The position numbers were made by a program, and so were the translations under genes. The notes under the pieces were generated by a model. That model searched no databases, had not been told where the DNA came from, and saw nothing but the letters and a program-made list of their open reading frames with translations. 64,000 nt of DNA from the human T2T-CHM13v2.0 reference genome, Homo sapiens, in NCBI RefSeq assembly GCF_009914755.1, contig NC_060928.1. One strand, given 5' to 3'. Below are positions 1-14,882 of this stretch, in pieces (within the stretch, counting starts at the first letter, position 1; each line of letters begins with the position of its first letter).

Positions 1-625
1 ACATTTTTGAATTATTTAATTTACTGTTAATTTGCTATTTAATTTACAGTTGGCTTTGAAAAAGGAAAGTAAATCTTACCTTTTTATGTATATAAAAAAT
101 AATAGACTTTTAGGTCCTTTTAAAATAGTCTCGCGTATAGTTTTAAAATATATTTACATATCCACACTGTACTTTAAAATTCTTTGCCTTTAAATTAAAG
201 AAAACATGAAATTCTCCCAGAATGGCTGTTTTTAGAATAGGATATAATCATATATAATTGCTAAGGGAATTTGGAATTTAATGGTATCCCCCTTCATTTG
301 AACATTTCCTCTAGAAGAAACATAAAGCCGCCACACAATACTGGTGACATGCTAATCGTTGTTTATGTTTTATTGACTTACCAAGAAAAATATAGTCAGT
401 TAAAATGTCAGTGACATACTTGTCATTGCACATATTTTATTGACTTATCCAGAAAAATATAAACAGATTTTTCAACAGTTTAAATTTTATTTGTGTAGTT
501 GCTGCTGTTGAGGCTAAGAAATAGAGTGCTGGCAGTTGGGGGTGATGGTAGGAATCATGATTTTGTTCTATTACTGCTGAAGTCTATGAGAAAGGAAAGT
601 TTCCTAATTGTATTTCTTTTACCAG

Positions 626-729
626 ACACATCTTCCAGAGCTAGATACACTTTCATCAGAAAGAGCCAGATCCTTCATAACTTGGCTTAGAGACAGCAGA
701 CCATTAAGTCCAATCCTTCACATAGTAAA
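626..729 (+). CDS. SEC24B: SEC24B penultimate coding exon (THLPELDTLSSERARSFITWLRDSRPLSPILHIVK)
   Basis: Pyrimidine tract plus CAG acceptor ending at 625 and GTAAGT donor at 730. The 104-nt exon ends in phase 2 and joins the next exon in frame. The peptide resembles the SEC24 C-terminus. Confidence 0.93.
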
Positions 730-908
730 GTAAGTACTTTTGTAACTTAATTATGAAGTTGTCTTTCCTATGTAGTCTGTGGAATTGCTTGTCTTCAAAG
801 CAAACTTTAAATAGTAGCAAAATATATTCTGATGGTAAAATGTTGTTACTTGATTTAAATCCCCTGTATTCCATTTTCTGACATCTCCATATATTAGTAA
901 TTTTTAAT

Positions 909-1536
<628 letters not shown>

Positions 1537-1693
1537 GTAATTTTTAAAATATATACTATTTTTAGAAATATGCACTTTTATTTTATTTGTATAAATTTAC
1601 AGGATACAAGTGTAATTTTATGAGCTAGATTGCAAAGTGGTGAAATCAGGGCTTTTAAATACGTTTAGACAAATGCCCTTTTCTTTCTTCCAG

Positions 1694-1808
1694 AGATGAG
1701 AGTCCTGCCAAAGCAGAATTTTTTCAGCATTTGATTGAAGACCGGACAGAGGCTGCATTTTCTTACTATGAATTTTTGCTTCATGTTCAGCAGCAGATTT
1801 GTAAGTGA
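1694..1808 (+). CDS. SEC24B: SEC24B last coding exon (K-DESPAKAEFFQHLIEDRTEAAFSYYEFLLHVQQQICK*)
   Basis: TTCTTTCTTCCAG acceptor ending at 1693; SEC24A/B C-terminal motif LIEDRTE..SYYEFL; TGA at 1806-1808. Confidence 0.95.
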
Positions 1809-2590
1809 AGTAGAATAAAATTGAATAAGAAAAAGATCTATAACCTAGGTAAAGCATAATCTGTCAGAGAAGCGCGTGAGAAATTTGAAATGAAGGCATT
1901 TGTTAATACAAGATGCAACGCACAGCACTCTGTCTGAGGCTTTGGTAAAAAGTAAAGGGGAAGAAAGAACTTGACAGATCTTTTTCAACTCAAATTAATG
2001 GTAACGATGATGCTGTTTCACCAAGTATATTTTGAATTGGTTTCTACACATTTCCAGTAGTATGGCAGTACAGTGCTCTGTTCATTGCAAGCTGGCAAAT
2101 TTATGTAGCTATGTGGAATGATATGTCATAATGTAAAATTAGATAAATTCTTTTTTCTTATAATTAATATAACATTTCTGGACTTGAACTCTGGCAAGAG
2201 ATGCCAAAAGGCATTGGTACCGTGTTATTTGTTTATATGAATTACTTTTTAACAAGGAATGTTTCTTATTCATTAAATGAATTCAACATTTTCTCTGTAA
2301 AAACAATAGAGTTTCAGTACATGAACTATAGAAAAAAATCTATATATAATGTACATAAATGTTACATTTGTAAAGAAAATGTAAAAATGTAACTATAGCA
2401 TATGAATTGCTTAAACTGTGCTGCATTGTTGGATGACAACTCTTTTTGTCACAGTTAGAGAATGAGGTTGACTAATGCATATTATGAATTGAGTCCACAA
2501 AGGAACACAAAACTCTTTGTAATTCTGTTAAATCTTTTATGTAGATTTATTTATGATCAGCCTACTAATTAAAACTATTTCGCTTGACAG
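1809..2590 (+). other. SEC24B: SEC24B 3' UTR
   Basis: AU-rich, repeat-free stretch between the stop codon and the polyadenylation signal; the 3' end is approximate. Confidence 0.8.
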
Positions 2591-2655
2591 TATGGTTTGG
2601 TGATTTTTTGGGGTTTTTGTTTGATTGGTTTTTTGTGGGGATTGGTGGGTTTTTT
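2568..2655 (+). terminator. Poly(A) signal ATTAAA (2568-2573) with GU/U-rich downstream element
   Basis: ATTAAA followed ~20 nt later by TGGTTTGGTGATTTTTTGGGGTTTTTGTTTG... Confidence 0.75.
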
Positions 2656-2733
2656 TACATACAGGATGTATTGAATTTACTAATTGGGGAAGTGCAGTGA
2701 TACTGCATTTCAGTTAGTAATATATATGAATCA

Positions 2734-3029
2734 GGCCAGGCGCGGTGGCTCACGCCTGTAATCCCAGCGCTTTGGGAGGCCAAGGTGGGCAGATGACTTG
2801 AGGTCAGGTGTTCATGACCTGCCTGACCAACATGATGAAACCCCATCTCTGCTAAAAATACCAAAATTAGCCAGGGGTGCTGGCGGGCACCTGTAATCCC
2901 AGCTACTCAGGAGGCTGAAGCAGTAGAATCGCTTGAACCTGGAGGCTGAGGTTGCAGTGAGCTAAGATCACGCCACTGCACTCCAGCCTGGGCAACAGAG
3001 TGAGACTCCATCTTAAAAAAAAAAAAAAA
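2734..3029 (+). mobile_element. AluS
   Basis: Full dimer with A tail; TSD AGTAATATATATGAATCA. Confidence 0.95.
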
Positions 3030-3426
3030 GTAATATATATGAATCAATACACTTTCATTAGTCTGTGGACATTACCAAGTACTTATTCTGTTTGTATTCT
3101 AAAACAAATGGTGCTACTTTCAAAAATATTCTTAACTAGTAAGTATAATCTTAAATTGTCTTTCTTATTTACATTAGATATTTTTGCCTGCACACTTATA
3201 GCAAGAAAATTTTAGTAACACATATCACTATCCCATTTATTTAATTGACTTTAAGATTGCCATCTTGAATTTTGAAAGTGATTTTCTTCTGATCAAGAAA
3301 CCTCTCATTCACTAACAACTTATTTACTATAAAAAACTCTTAAGGATCCATTAGATTATGGGACATAATTTTATTCTGTACACTATGAAAGTCCCCATCA
3401 ACAAACTTTGGAAGGAAAAAGACTCT

Positions 3427-3732
3427 GCCAGGCATGATGGCTCATGCCTATAATCCTAGCACTTTGAGGGACCAAAGCAAGCGGATGGCTTGAGCCCAGA
3501 GGTTCGAGACCAGCCTGGGCAACATGGGGGAAACCCTGTCTCTACAAAAATACAAAAAAATTAGCCAGGGATTGTGTGCACCTGTAGTCCCACCTACTCA
3601 GGAGGCTAAGGTGGAAGGACATCCTGAGCCGAGGAGGTCAAGGTCGCAATGAGCTCTGACCACACCACCGCACTCAGTCTGGGAGATAGAGTGAAGCCCT
3701 GTCTCAAAAAAAAAAAGAAAAAAAAAGAAAAA
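3427..3732 (+). mobile_element. AluJ-like
   Basis: Diverged dimer with A tail. Confidence 0.9.
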
Positions 3733-3865
3733 GGCTTGCTGTGTAGTGGGTTATTTTTACTGTTTTTGTGCTTTCATGGATCTCATTTCTTTGGATAAAA
3801 ATAAAAGTACTCTCACATTCCCTGCTGGAAATGAGAGGTTAAATGACTCACCCTAAATGACATTA

Positions 3866-4172
<307 letters not shown>

Positions 4173-4279
4173 GAGAGAAACTTTAGTACTCTAAGGGCAA
4201 CTAAATACTGCAATTTTACCATAAAAAGTATAATTCTTCTTTATAAAAGACAAAAATCTTTTGTCTGGATATTTTGTCT

Positions 4280-5470
4280 CTCATTCAATAAATATTTGTA
4301 AGCATTTAATGCTTGCCAGATATTGTTCCAGGCACAAAGTAAAATCTTCACTTCCACAAAGCTTATACTCTGAAGTGAGAACGTAGAAGACTGGGGAGAG
4401 GCAAAAATCATTTTATATAATTTGTAAGTGTGATATATAATTCTATGTAAGTATAGTGAATGTTATGAAGAAAAATAAAGCTCGGAAAGGAGATGGAAAA
4501 TACTGTTTTTGATAGTGAGCAGGAAAGGCTCTTTTAAGAAGATGAGAGTTGAGCAGAGAGCTAAAGCCACATAGATACCTGGAACAAGAGCTGTCCAAAT
4601 AGGAGAACTTTGTGGTAGATGAATGTAGAACTTACTTTGCGAGTGCTCTTTTCTCTGTGAAAGAAGCAACAGAATTATCAGCTGAAAGGGTGTAAGAGGG
4701 TTAGAGGTTTTGCAAAATAGTCTAGGAGAGTAAGATGTTGAATTTACTACTGGTATGTAATAGGATTGTGAGGACCCATCTTGGGCTGTGAGTCGAACTT
4801 AGAATGAAACTAATAAGCATAACTGTACCTCTTTCCTCTAGCTATGTTCAGTGCTTGGTAGGAAGTCGGATTTAACCACAGTTGGCTACAAGGAACAGAG
4901 GAGGAGCAAGAGAATTTAGGATGTATACAAGGGAGTGACTCATTTAAGCTACAAGAGCACAAAATGGGTGATGGATAGTGATGGGTAGAGATGGGTAGCG
5001 GGCTTAGTTGTTTGGAGGTCCCATTGAGGTTAAAAGCTATTAAGAGTATAGGTGTCAGAAAGAATGAGTTGGAAAGATAAAATGTAGTGGTTAGGATATG
5101 AAAAGCTTGGAATTGAGATTTGGGAGAAGTTTAGATAATGACAAGACTGGGGGAATGAGTGGTTGAGATGTTATTAAAGGTAACTAGAGGTAGGGAGGTG
5201 AGAACTTAGAGCCCAGGATTTCAAATGGATCATCTATTTGATTATTAAAATTATCCCCAAAAAATGACAGGAATAATGCTGGGGACACGGAGACTGTAAA
5301 TGATTGCAATAAGGAGGAGTGGCAAGGGGATATGCTGAGGACCTGAGGTAGGCAAGGAGGAAGAAGAATCTGGATGCCAACAGAGGAGTAGAGGGATGCC
5401 TGCCTGGGGTTTAGGATCAAACACAGCCGTCCTTTGACAGGTTTGGAGGAAGGTAATATCCTCAAGACAG
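4280..5470. mobile_element. Degenerate L2-like fragments
   Basis: CATTCAATAAATATTTG..AGCA L2 end motif followed by purine-rich L2-like body; boundaries vague. Confidence 0.5.
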
Positions 5471-6118
5471 CCAGGTTTCAGTTAGCGTGTGTGGAGACTG
5501 ACATAAACCAAAATATAGGCACGACGAGAGTAATCCTGATGGGAGGTGGATAATCCATTCTCATTGCCTCCTTATGGGACAAGTCTCTTTGGCCATTTGC
5601 TTTGTGAGGCAGGGAGTGTTGGGTGAGAGGAAGGGGTATGCTTGTCAGGAATTCTGTGAGCTGCTTTTTCAACTAACTAAAAAAAGGTAGTGGTTCTTAG
5701 TGTTATTGGTAGGGATGGGATCAGAATTTCCTGGGCGAGCTTTTTGGATACCTCAATTCATATTCACTACCTGATTAGGGGCTTGGCCAGAGATACATTA
5801 AAATGCATACATTAATGTATTAAAAGTATTCATACATTAATATGTATATATGTGTGTGGCAAATACTATTTGATAGCTATTTGGGGATTTGACTGTTACA
5901 TATTCAACTTGTGAGGCTAGGAAAGGCACATATTAGCAAAGTGTTATATTAAAGAAACCGTGAGCCCTCCTCTTCTAAGTATCTTCTCACTAAAATACTT
6001 TTGAAGACATAGGAAAAGAAGAAAACTCACAACAAAGTTGAAAATAACATTGCAGACATCATCTAGATAGAACTAAAAATTACTGAAAGAAGACAATTTA
6101 TGAAAAAAATAAACACTC

Positions 6119-6412
6119 AGCCGGGTGTGATGGCTCACGCTTGTAATCCCAACACTTTGGCAGGTCCAGGTGGGAGGATCTCTTGAGGCCAGGAGTTTGA
6201 GACCAGCCTGGGCGGCACAGCAAGACCCCATCTCCATAAAAAATAAAAAATTAGCCAGTTGTGGTAGTGTGTGCCTGTAGTCCTAGCTGCCTGGGAGGCT
6301 GAGGTGAGAGGATTACTTGAGCCCAGGAGTTTGAGGCTGCAGTGAGCTACAACTGCACCACTGTAATCCAGCCTTGATGACAGAGCAAGACTGTCTGAAA
6401 GAAAAAAAAAAA
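6119..6412 (+). mobile_element. AluJ-like
   Basis: Dimer with A tail; flanking AAAAAATAA(A)CACTCA repeat. Confidence 0.92.
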
Positions 6413-8624
6413 TACAAATTTTTAAAGAAAAAAAATAACACTCAAGCCCTGTTTGGCACATGAAACCTGAAAAACAAAAATAGAAGATACTACATAATTC
6501 ATTCATCTTTTGCCTCTGAATTCAGAGACAGGATCTGTATCAACCAGCAAATTGGTATCCTCCTCCTGCCTGCATTCTTATAATAACCATAAGAAGTAAG
6601 TACGTAATATAAAACAAGTGGGCAGGAAGTGTGTATGTGTACTTGGCTTAAGTGGAGAAGGTAGCCATAATCAGGGGACACAGAAGCTATTAATGTATTC
6701 ATTGCCTTCAGATTTGGCATGGGCAGATCCAAAAATTAATTATTTTTTGTTTCCTTTAGTAAACAATGCACAGTTCTGTGGATTTTTACTTTTGGACCAA
6801 TCAGCATTACTTACAAGTACTTACTAGTAATGTTATTACTTACTAATAAGTGAATTACAAAGGACCACTAAAATTTGTTTCCACAAATGAAAATCAGTGT
6901 TTTATTAGAGTTTGCTTAGGATTCTACTTATAAGATGCCTGGTCCCTGTACAAGGTTTGTAATTTTGCAAGAATGCACAAAAGTGTATATACAGATACTG
7001 TCACACAGCAGGTCAGACAACTGACAGAAACTATCCTACGGTCAGTACTCAAGCATTTTCTTATGAATGTATTATCTTGTTGGGAGGTGTTCATGGTTTT
7101 TCTGCTATTTTTGCATTTCAGATATGTATTATTTTAGCTTGATAGCCATTGAGATTGCTATAGATTATTTGATTTGTATATAATGATGTATGTATGCATA
7201 TTTCACTATATTTTTCTATTTTTCTATAACTGGGTTTTAAATATTTTTGGTAGAAAAATAATTATACTTTCATTGCTAAAAATAAATATGCATAACCTAC
7301 CCCTCTATATTGCTTATAACATTTTGATGATGTAGCCAGTGAATATGTGCTAATTTAAATAACTTTTATATAAAATTAAGCCAACTGCCGTATTATAACT
7401 GGTTTCTTTTTAACTTAATAGGATATTGTTTTATAATATTAAATCATATGTTTAAGCTCATTCTCTTTAAAAATAAACAATAAGCAATTTCTATATATTC
7501 CTCTCAAGTCTTTATTACTTAGGAATTTGCTTTAGAGCAGGGATTGTATTTTGGATTTTCTTTATACTTCTTATCCCACTTCACATATCCCCAGGTACTC
7601 TTCCCAAGACAGAATACATGGCAGAGACACATTTAAATTTAATTGAACAACTGCAAAAGCTTATTAGCCTTTCTTATAGTGGAGTCATTTCACAGTGACC
7701 CTTGGGAAATCTGTAAAACATTATACCAGTTAGGAGGACTTTTTCCCATTCTTAATGAAAGTTTTTATGGATCTTTTTCCCCTGTAGTCAATTTCTTTCA
7801 AATTCTGCTTCTTTGGGGCTTAGGTCTAATGACTTGCATAGTAACAATAGGAAACGCCTATTACATGCACTTCCTATGGAACCAGAAAAATTCTAATAGA
7901 GTGGAAGATACTGTGTCTCTAGCCTGTCTCCTATTAGTTATCAAAAGCTGGTAAGTAAGTAATTATGTGCAGAGTTAGGAATAATAGAGGTAAATGGAGA
8001 AATGGATGAATAAGATGTTTAACAAGAAAGGTCAAAACTTAAAGCTGAGTTATTTAATAACTAAGACCCTGAGTACTGTGTTCACAAGCAAAAAGTGGTC
8101 TTTCAAAAGGTTTTTACCAAAAATGTAGTGAACCTAAATCGTCTTCATAGCATTTATGGCACTCTTTTGGGTCATAATCTGGGAAGGAGTGAGGACAAAA
8201 TTGGGGTGGAGAATGAGTAGGAACCAGAAGAATAACTTTGAAAGGAAAAGAAGGTAAATGTACATCATTACAGGGGCTGTCCTTTGTTCACATCCAGGCT
8301 TTGCAAATGCTGCTCCACTGCTTGGAAAACACTGTCTTTCATTCCCTTCCTGGCTTTCTTAGCACTTACTCCTCCTTATCCTTCAGAATTCAGCCTAGGG
8401 ATCATTACCTCCTGGCAGCTTCTCCTGATGGCTGTCTCATCTGGGTTAAATACTCCTTCCTGTGTGTATCCATAACACATTCTCATCTCTACTGTAGCCC
8501 CCATCAGACTGTGTTACAATTGACATTCTCCCTCAAACATGGGAACCAGGTTCTCTTCGTCATAGTGCCCCCTATACCTGACATATAGTAGGCATTTAGT
8601 AAATGTTTGTTGAACCAATTTTTC

Positions 8625-8891
8625 CTAGAGACAGGGTCTTGCTAGGCTAGAGTGCAGTGGTATCGATCATAGCTCACTGCAGCCTCAAACTCCTGGGCTC
8701 AAGGGATCCTCCTGCTTCAGCCTCCTGAGCGGCTGGGACTATAGGCATGTACTACCATGCCTGGCTATTTTTGGTAGAGACAAGATATTGCTATGTTGCC
8801 CAGGCTGGTACTGAACTCCTGGGCTCAGGCGATCCTCCCACCTCAGCCTCCCAAAGCACTGAGATTACAGGTGTGAGCCACTGTGTCCAGC
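8625..8891 (-). mobile_element. AluJ-like
   Basis: Antisense diverged dimer; flanking GAACCAAT repeat. Confidence 0.88.
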
Positions 8892-9059
8892 AGAACCAAT
8901 GTTATTCCAAGCTAGACAGAAAATGCATTGAAGACCTGTGAATAAAAATAAAGACAGTTTCAGTTGGATAAGAGGAGAAACATACTATACTACACTAGAT
9001 AGAAATTGAAAGAAAATCTGACATAGAATGAGAATGGTGCCAGAAGGTAGATAATAAAC

Positions 9060-11640
9060 CTTATGAAAATTCAGGAGTATACCACCTCAAAGTTGAGTTT
9101 CAGTGGTCTGGAGCATCTTGCAAAATCCCCACTAATGTAGGAGACAAATTGCTGCTCCCTGTGCCACCTTCTATAATGCGAGGCACAGTGCTTGGTGGCT
9201 TTTTTTTTTTTTTGGAAGCTATGTATACAACATTTCAGTGTGTCACTGTACTCCATTACCAAGTAACCTGTAAGGCTGCCAATCTGAGGTGTGGTTAGAG
9301 CAAAAGAAGCCTCTACATCAACTCAGACTTCAGTGCAAACTGCTTTGCCACATGGGCTTTATTGACCCAGCAGATCCAACTTGGGAGTGTCTGCGGCAAA
9401 TACAAATGCCACATCAAGCCTCAACTGGAGAGTCAGACTTCTCTAGGGTTTTAGAGCAGAGCCATACCCTCTTCTGCAAAAAAACAAAAAAAAAAAGCAA
9501 AAAAAAAAACTTACCTTTGTGAGAGAAGCTCTTATATTGCTATTAAGCTGTCTACTACAGGATGTCAAATGTCCTTGGGATCTATGCTGACCAGTGTGAA
9601 CCAAGCAGTAGAAGTGAACATGCACAATAGCGATCTATCGTTAAGTGGCAGCTTAACGTTAGTATATAAGGGATTAGGCTCAGCAGATCCTGAAGTCAGT
9701 TGCACGAGCTGGCAGCTCTGACTCATGACACCTGCTCCTGCTGCATGGCTTCCTTTCCCTGCATTCGCATTTATGGCCTCATGGGGATGTTTTCCTATAA
9801 TCAGTTAAGGGAGAAACTAAAACCTGAATTTAAGACAAAGTGCTGGCATCAACTGGTCTGCTATAGTATTAGTCTAATAATAAAGAAATCCTCTTTGTGG
9901 GCAAAACTTCAAGCAGTACATTGATCGCCACTTTGTCTAGACTATATAGATCTCAAAAGATGTAGATCTATGTAGCTTCATAGGCAATGGCAAATGACTA
10001 GATGACAAAGGTCTTGGTAGGAACAGGATTAGAAAATTGGTGACAAGGAGGTTTGGAGAAGAGGGATTTGAATGAACGTCACGAAATGGACACAGCAAAT
10101 GAGATAATTATGTTCCATATCAATGCACCCCAAAGGGCATCTGCAGCAAAATTTGTCCATCTCAATCAGGTGGAGAAGGTGACCCATCCTGTGAATATCA
10201 GCCTCTTTCTGTAGCCACCCCAGTATTTGCTCAATGGTTCATGTACAAAGTTGCCATACTTGTAAAGATAGAAGCTATGTGTGGGCTAAATATTATGGAT
10301 GTCCCTTCACCAAGGCTGATCTGGCTACTGCCACTGTTATTTCTAAGCATTGTCAGCTGAGACCTTCTTTGATTCCTCAATATGGCATCATTCCTTGGGG
10401 AAAACTAGTAGCCACCTGATATGTTGATTACATTGTACCCCTTTGATCATGGAGCATTTGTCCTCAATGGAATAGACAAACAACCTGGATATGGATTTGC
10501 CTGCCCTGCTTGCAGTGTTTCTGCTACCACCACCATCTGTGGGCTTACAGAATGCCTTCATCATTGCCATATGACCTCCACAACATTGCTTCTGATCAAG
10601 GAACTCATAGCAAAAGAAGTGTGTTAATGGGAATTCACTGCTCTTACTACAACCTGTCACCCTGATGTGGTTTGGATTTGTGTCCCTGCCCAAATCTCAT
10701 GTCGAATTGTAATCCCCAAGGTTGGAGGAGGGGCCTGGTGGGAGGTGATTAGATTGGATCATGGGAGCAGATTTCCCCCTTGCTGTTCTTGTGATATTGA
10801 GTTCTTATGAGATCAGATTGTTTAAAAGTGTGTAGCACCTACCCCTGATCTCTCTTCCTTCTTCTCTGGTCATGTAAGACGTGCCTGCTTCCCCTTTGCC
10901 TTTGGCCGTGATTGTACATTTCCTGGGGCCTCCCCAGTCATGCTTCCTGTACAGCCTGTGGAATTGTGAGTCAGTTAAGCCTTTTATGTCTAAATTACCC
11001 AGTCTCAAGTAGCTCTTTATAGCAATGCAGGAACAGACTACTACATACCCCAAAAAGCAGCTGACCTGGCAGAAAGGTGGAATGTTCTTCTGATGACTCA
11101 GTTATGGTGATGGTTGGAGTATCATCCTACAGGATACAGTATATGCTTTGAATAAGCAACCAACATTTTTCCCCTGTAGCCAGACACACAGGTCTAAGAA
11201 TCAAGAATTGAAAGTGAAATCATTCCCTTAATATAGTCCCCAAATTTTAGGGTCTTAGTTTACAAAGGAGAGATGCTTAGTTCTCAAAGGGACACAGCAA
11301 TGTTCCCACTGTATTGGAAGTTACGAGTATTACCTAGCCATTTTGGGTTCCTTTTGTCAACAACCAGAAGAAGAATCATCCTGATTATGAAGAGGAATTG
11401 ATTTGCTGTGACATAATGGGGCAAGGAGGACTATATCGAAAATCTAGAGGATTTTTCCAGAGTGCCTCGTAATACTTCTATGTTCAGTACTAAAAGTTAA
11501 AGAAATATAGCAGCCTAATAAAAGAATGGATCACTAATGATTCAAACTCTTCAAAAGTAAGATTTGCATCTCCCACCAGGTAAAGAATGCCAACCAACCA
11601 ACATTCCGTACTGTGCTGAAGGGAAATTAGAAGACAGTCT
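9060..11640 (+). mobile_element. ERVL-class (HERVL/HERV16-like) internal pol remnant covering RNase H and integrase
   Basis: Broken frames read SSLWAKLQAVH, TKADLATAT..CQ..RPSLIPQYGIIPWG and FVLNGID..GYGFACPA..TTICGLTECL, resembling ERVL RNase H/integrase. Multiple stops and frameshifts. Confidence 0.75.
10663..11045. mobile_element. MST (MSTA-like) solo MaLR LTR inserted in the ERVL remnant
   Basis: TGATGTGGTTTGGATTTGTGTCC...GAACAGACTACTACA termini; 5-bp TSD CACCC/TACCC. Confidence 0.88.
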
Positions 11641-11734
11641 GAGAGGTATAGTGGGAATAAATTTGATAGTGAAAAAGAATTCAGTTCTAGCACTGGATCT
11701 GTCACATTATGTTAGACTGACTGTAATAGAAAGA

Positions 11735-11950
11735 ATATGGGTTTGCAAGCCAAACAGAACAAAATTTGAATTATAGTTCCTCTGTTAGCTGTGTTACCTG
11801 GGGTAAGTTTCTAAACTTCTCTGAGCTTTCATATCCCTACTAGAGAATAATGGTTCCTTGGTAAGAGTTTTGTGAGAATTATATGGAACGAGTATGTAAA
11901 GTTTCTTGTGCAGCACCTTACTTGTAGTAAATACTTGATAAATGGCAGTC
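11735..11950 (+). mobile_element. MIR
   Basis: MIR core-like AGCTGTGTTACCTGGGGTAAGTTTCTAAACTTCTCTGAGC. Confidence 0.7.
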
Positions 11951-12664
11951 AATGTCTTAACAAAATAACAGCACAACAGTAATAATAGTAATAATACTCC
12001 CACATTGAGCCTGCCCTTTGCCCTCCTATCACTTTCCACCTTCACTGCAATTATTCCACACTGGACATGGAAAACCAAAATATTATCATGTGGGCTGCTG
12101 CTACCTCCACTTTTACTGTGATCGATGTATTAACTACACTTTTTTGCTTCAGACCATCCAGTACAGATGGGTATACAGAAAGAAGCAAGTAGTCTTAGTT
12201 CATTACATGTACATAACATCAGACTTCAAAACTCGATGCTCACCAGTAAGTCACAATTGTGGGTTTTTTTTTGTTTGTTTGTTTTTGCTATCAGGTTTAT
12301 TCCAAAAAGACTTTCTCAGGCTTTTGACCTATCTCTTTATTACAATAGTGGTTATGACCTCTTAAGCCTCTGAGCCTGTAAACATGCTGTTCCTCCTGCT
12401 AAGAACTCATCTTTACTTTTTTATCTGGTTAGCTGCTCTTCCTCCTTCAGTTATTAGTGTGTACTGATGCCAGCCTGTCCCTTACCACTAGCTTAGGTGG
12501 GGTCTCCCTGCTGTATGTTCACATAGCCCTTGTAGTTTTACTCTTATAACCTTTATGTCACTCTACTTAATTACTTGTTCACTAGGTGAACAAGCTTCCC
12601 CACTAGGTTCTGTGTAAGGAAGAACACAGAACTCATCTTTAAAAAAAAAAGTTCTTAAGTGTCA

Positions 12665-13940
12665 ATTTTTTAAATTTTTTTTTATTTCAATAGTTTTGTG
12701 GGGTACAGGTGGTTTTGGTTACATGGATAAGTCCTTCAGTGGTGATTTCTGTGATTTTGATGCACCCATCACCATTACCCAAGCAGTATACACTGTACCT
12801 AATATGTAGTCTTTCTTTCTTTTTTTTTTTTTTTTTGAGTTGGAGTCTTGCTCTGTCACCCAGGCTGGAGTGCAGTGGCCAATCTTGGCTCACTGCAACC
12901 TCTGCCTCCCAGATTCAAGCGATTCTCATGCCTCAGCCACCCGAGTAACTGCGACTACAGGCACACACGACCATGCCCGGCTAATTTTTGTATTTTTAGT
13001 AGAGATGGAGTTTTGCCATTTTGGCCAGGCTAGTCTTGAACTCCTGGCCTCAAGCGATCCATCCGCCCCGGCCTCCCAAAGTGCTGGGACTACAGGCATG
13101 AGCCACCGTGCCTGACCCCACTATGTAGTCTTTTATCCCTCACCCCCACCCAACCTTCCCCACACCTGAATCCCCAAAGTACATTATATCATTCTTACAT
13201 CTTTGCATCCTCATAGCTTAGCCCCTGCTTATAAGCGAGAACATACTATATTTGGTTTTCCATTCTGGAGTTATTTCACTTAGAATAATGGCCCCCAGCT
13301 CCATCTAAGTTGCTACAAAGGACATTATTTTGTTTTTTATGGCTGAGTAGTATTTCATGGTGTGTGTATATATATATACACACCACATTTTCTTTATTTA
13401 CTTGGGTGATGGGCATTCAGGTTTGTTCCATATTTTTGCAGTTGCAAATTGTGCTTCTGTAAACGTGTGTGCACGTGTCTTTTTCATATAATGAATTCTT
13501 TTCCTTCGAGTAGATACACAGTAGTGGGATTGGGATTGCTGGATTGAATGGTAGATCTACTTTTAATTCTTTAAGGAATCTTCATATTGTTTTCCATAGT
13601 GGTTGGACTAGTTTACATTAGCACCAGCAGTATAAAAGTGTTTTCTTTTCACCACATCTACACCAACATCTATTGTTTTTTCACTTCTTAATTATGGCTA
13701 TTCTTGCAGGAGTAAGTTGGTATCTCATTGTGGTTTTAATTTGCATTTCCCTGATAATTAGTGATGTTGAGCATTTTTTGATATGTTTGTGGGCTGTTTG
13801 TATAAGCTTTTGAGAATTGTCTATTCACATCCTTTGCCCACTTTTTGATGGGATTATTTGTGTTTTTCTTGCTGATTTGTTTGAGTTCTTTGTAGATTCT
13901 GGATATTAGTCCTTTGACAAATACATAGTTTGTGAATATA
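12665..13940 (-). mobile_element. Old L1 3' end (L1PB/L1MA-like) with an Alu inserted at ~12811-13117
   Basis: Antisense L1 3' UTR and ORF2 end; inner Alu TSD TATGTAGTCTTT. Confidence 0.88.
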
Positions 13941-14014
13941 GAAACTCATCGTTTTTATTCATCACTCTACCATCAGCCTAGAACAGTGTCTGGCAAATCC
14001 TCATGTACTACTAA

Positions 14015-14414
<400 letters not shown>

Positions 14415-14644
14415 TGATCTATTAAATTTATTCAGCAGATATTTGAGAACCTACTACTTAGGTGCTGGTGATAGAGCAGTGAACAAAACAGACAAGGTCC
14501 CTTCTGTCATGGAGCTTACATTCCAGTTGGGGGAGACAGATTTTAAAAGTATGTAATATGTCAGGTAATGATTAAATGCTAAAGGGAAAAAAAAGCAGAG
14601 TAAGGGCTAACTGGCAGGAAGTAGAAGTTAATGCAACCAACCGC

Positions 14645-14882
14645 ATCTCAGCTCACTGCAACCTCCGCCTGCTGGGTTCAAGCGATTCTCCTGCCTCAGT
14701 CTCCCGAGTACCTGGGATCACAGGTGACTGCCACCACGCCCAACTAATTTTTGTATTTTTTTAGTAGAGACGGGGTTTCACCATGTTGGCCAGGGTGGTC
14801 TCGAACTCCTGACCTCAGGTGATTCACCCGCGTCGGCCTCCCAAAGTGCTGGGATTACAGGTGTGAGCCACTGCACCCAGCC
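14645..14882 (-). mobile_element. AluS lacking its 3' end and poly(A) tail
   Basis: Alu homology stops at ...GAGCTGAGAT; no T-run on the left; abuts the SET retrocopy. Confidence 0.9.
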
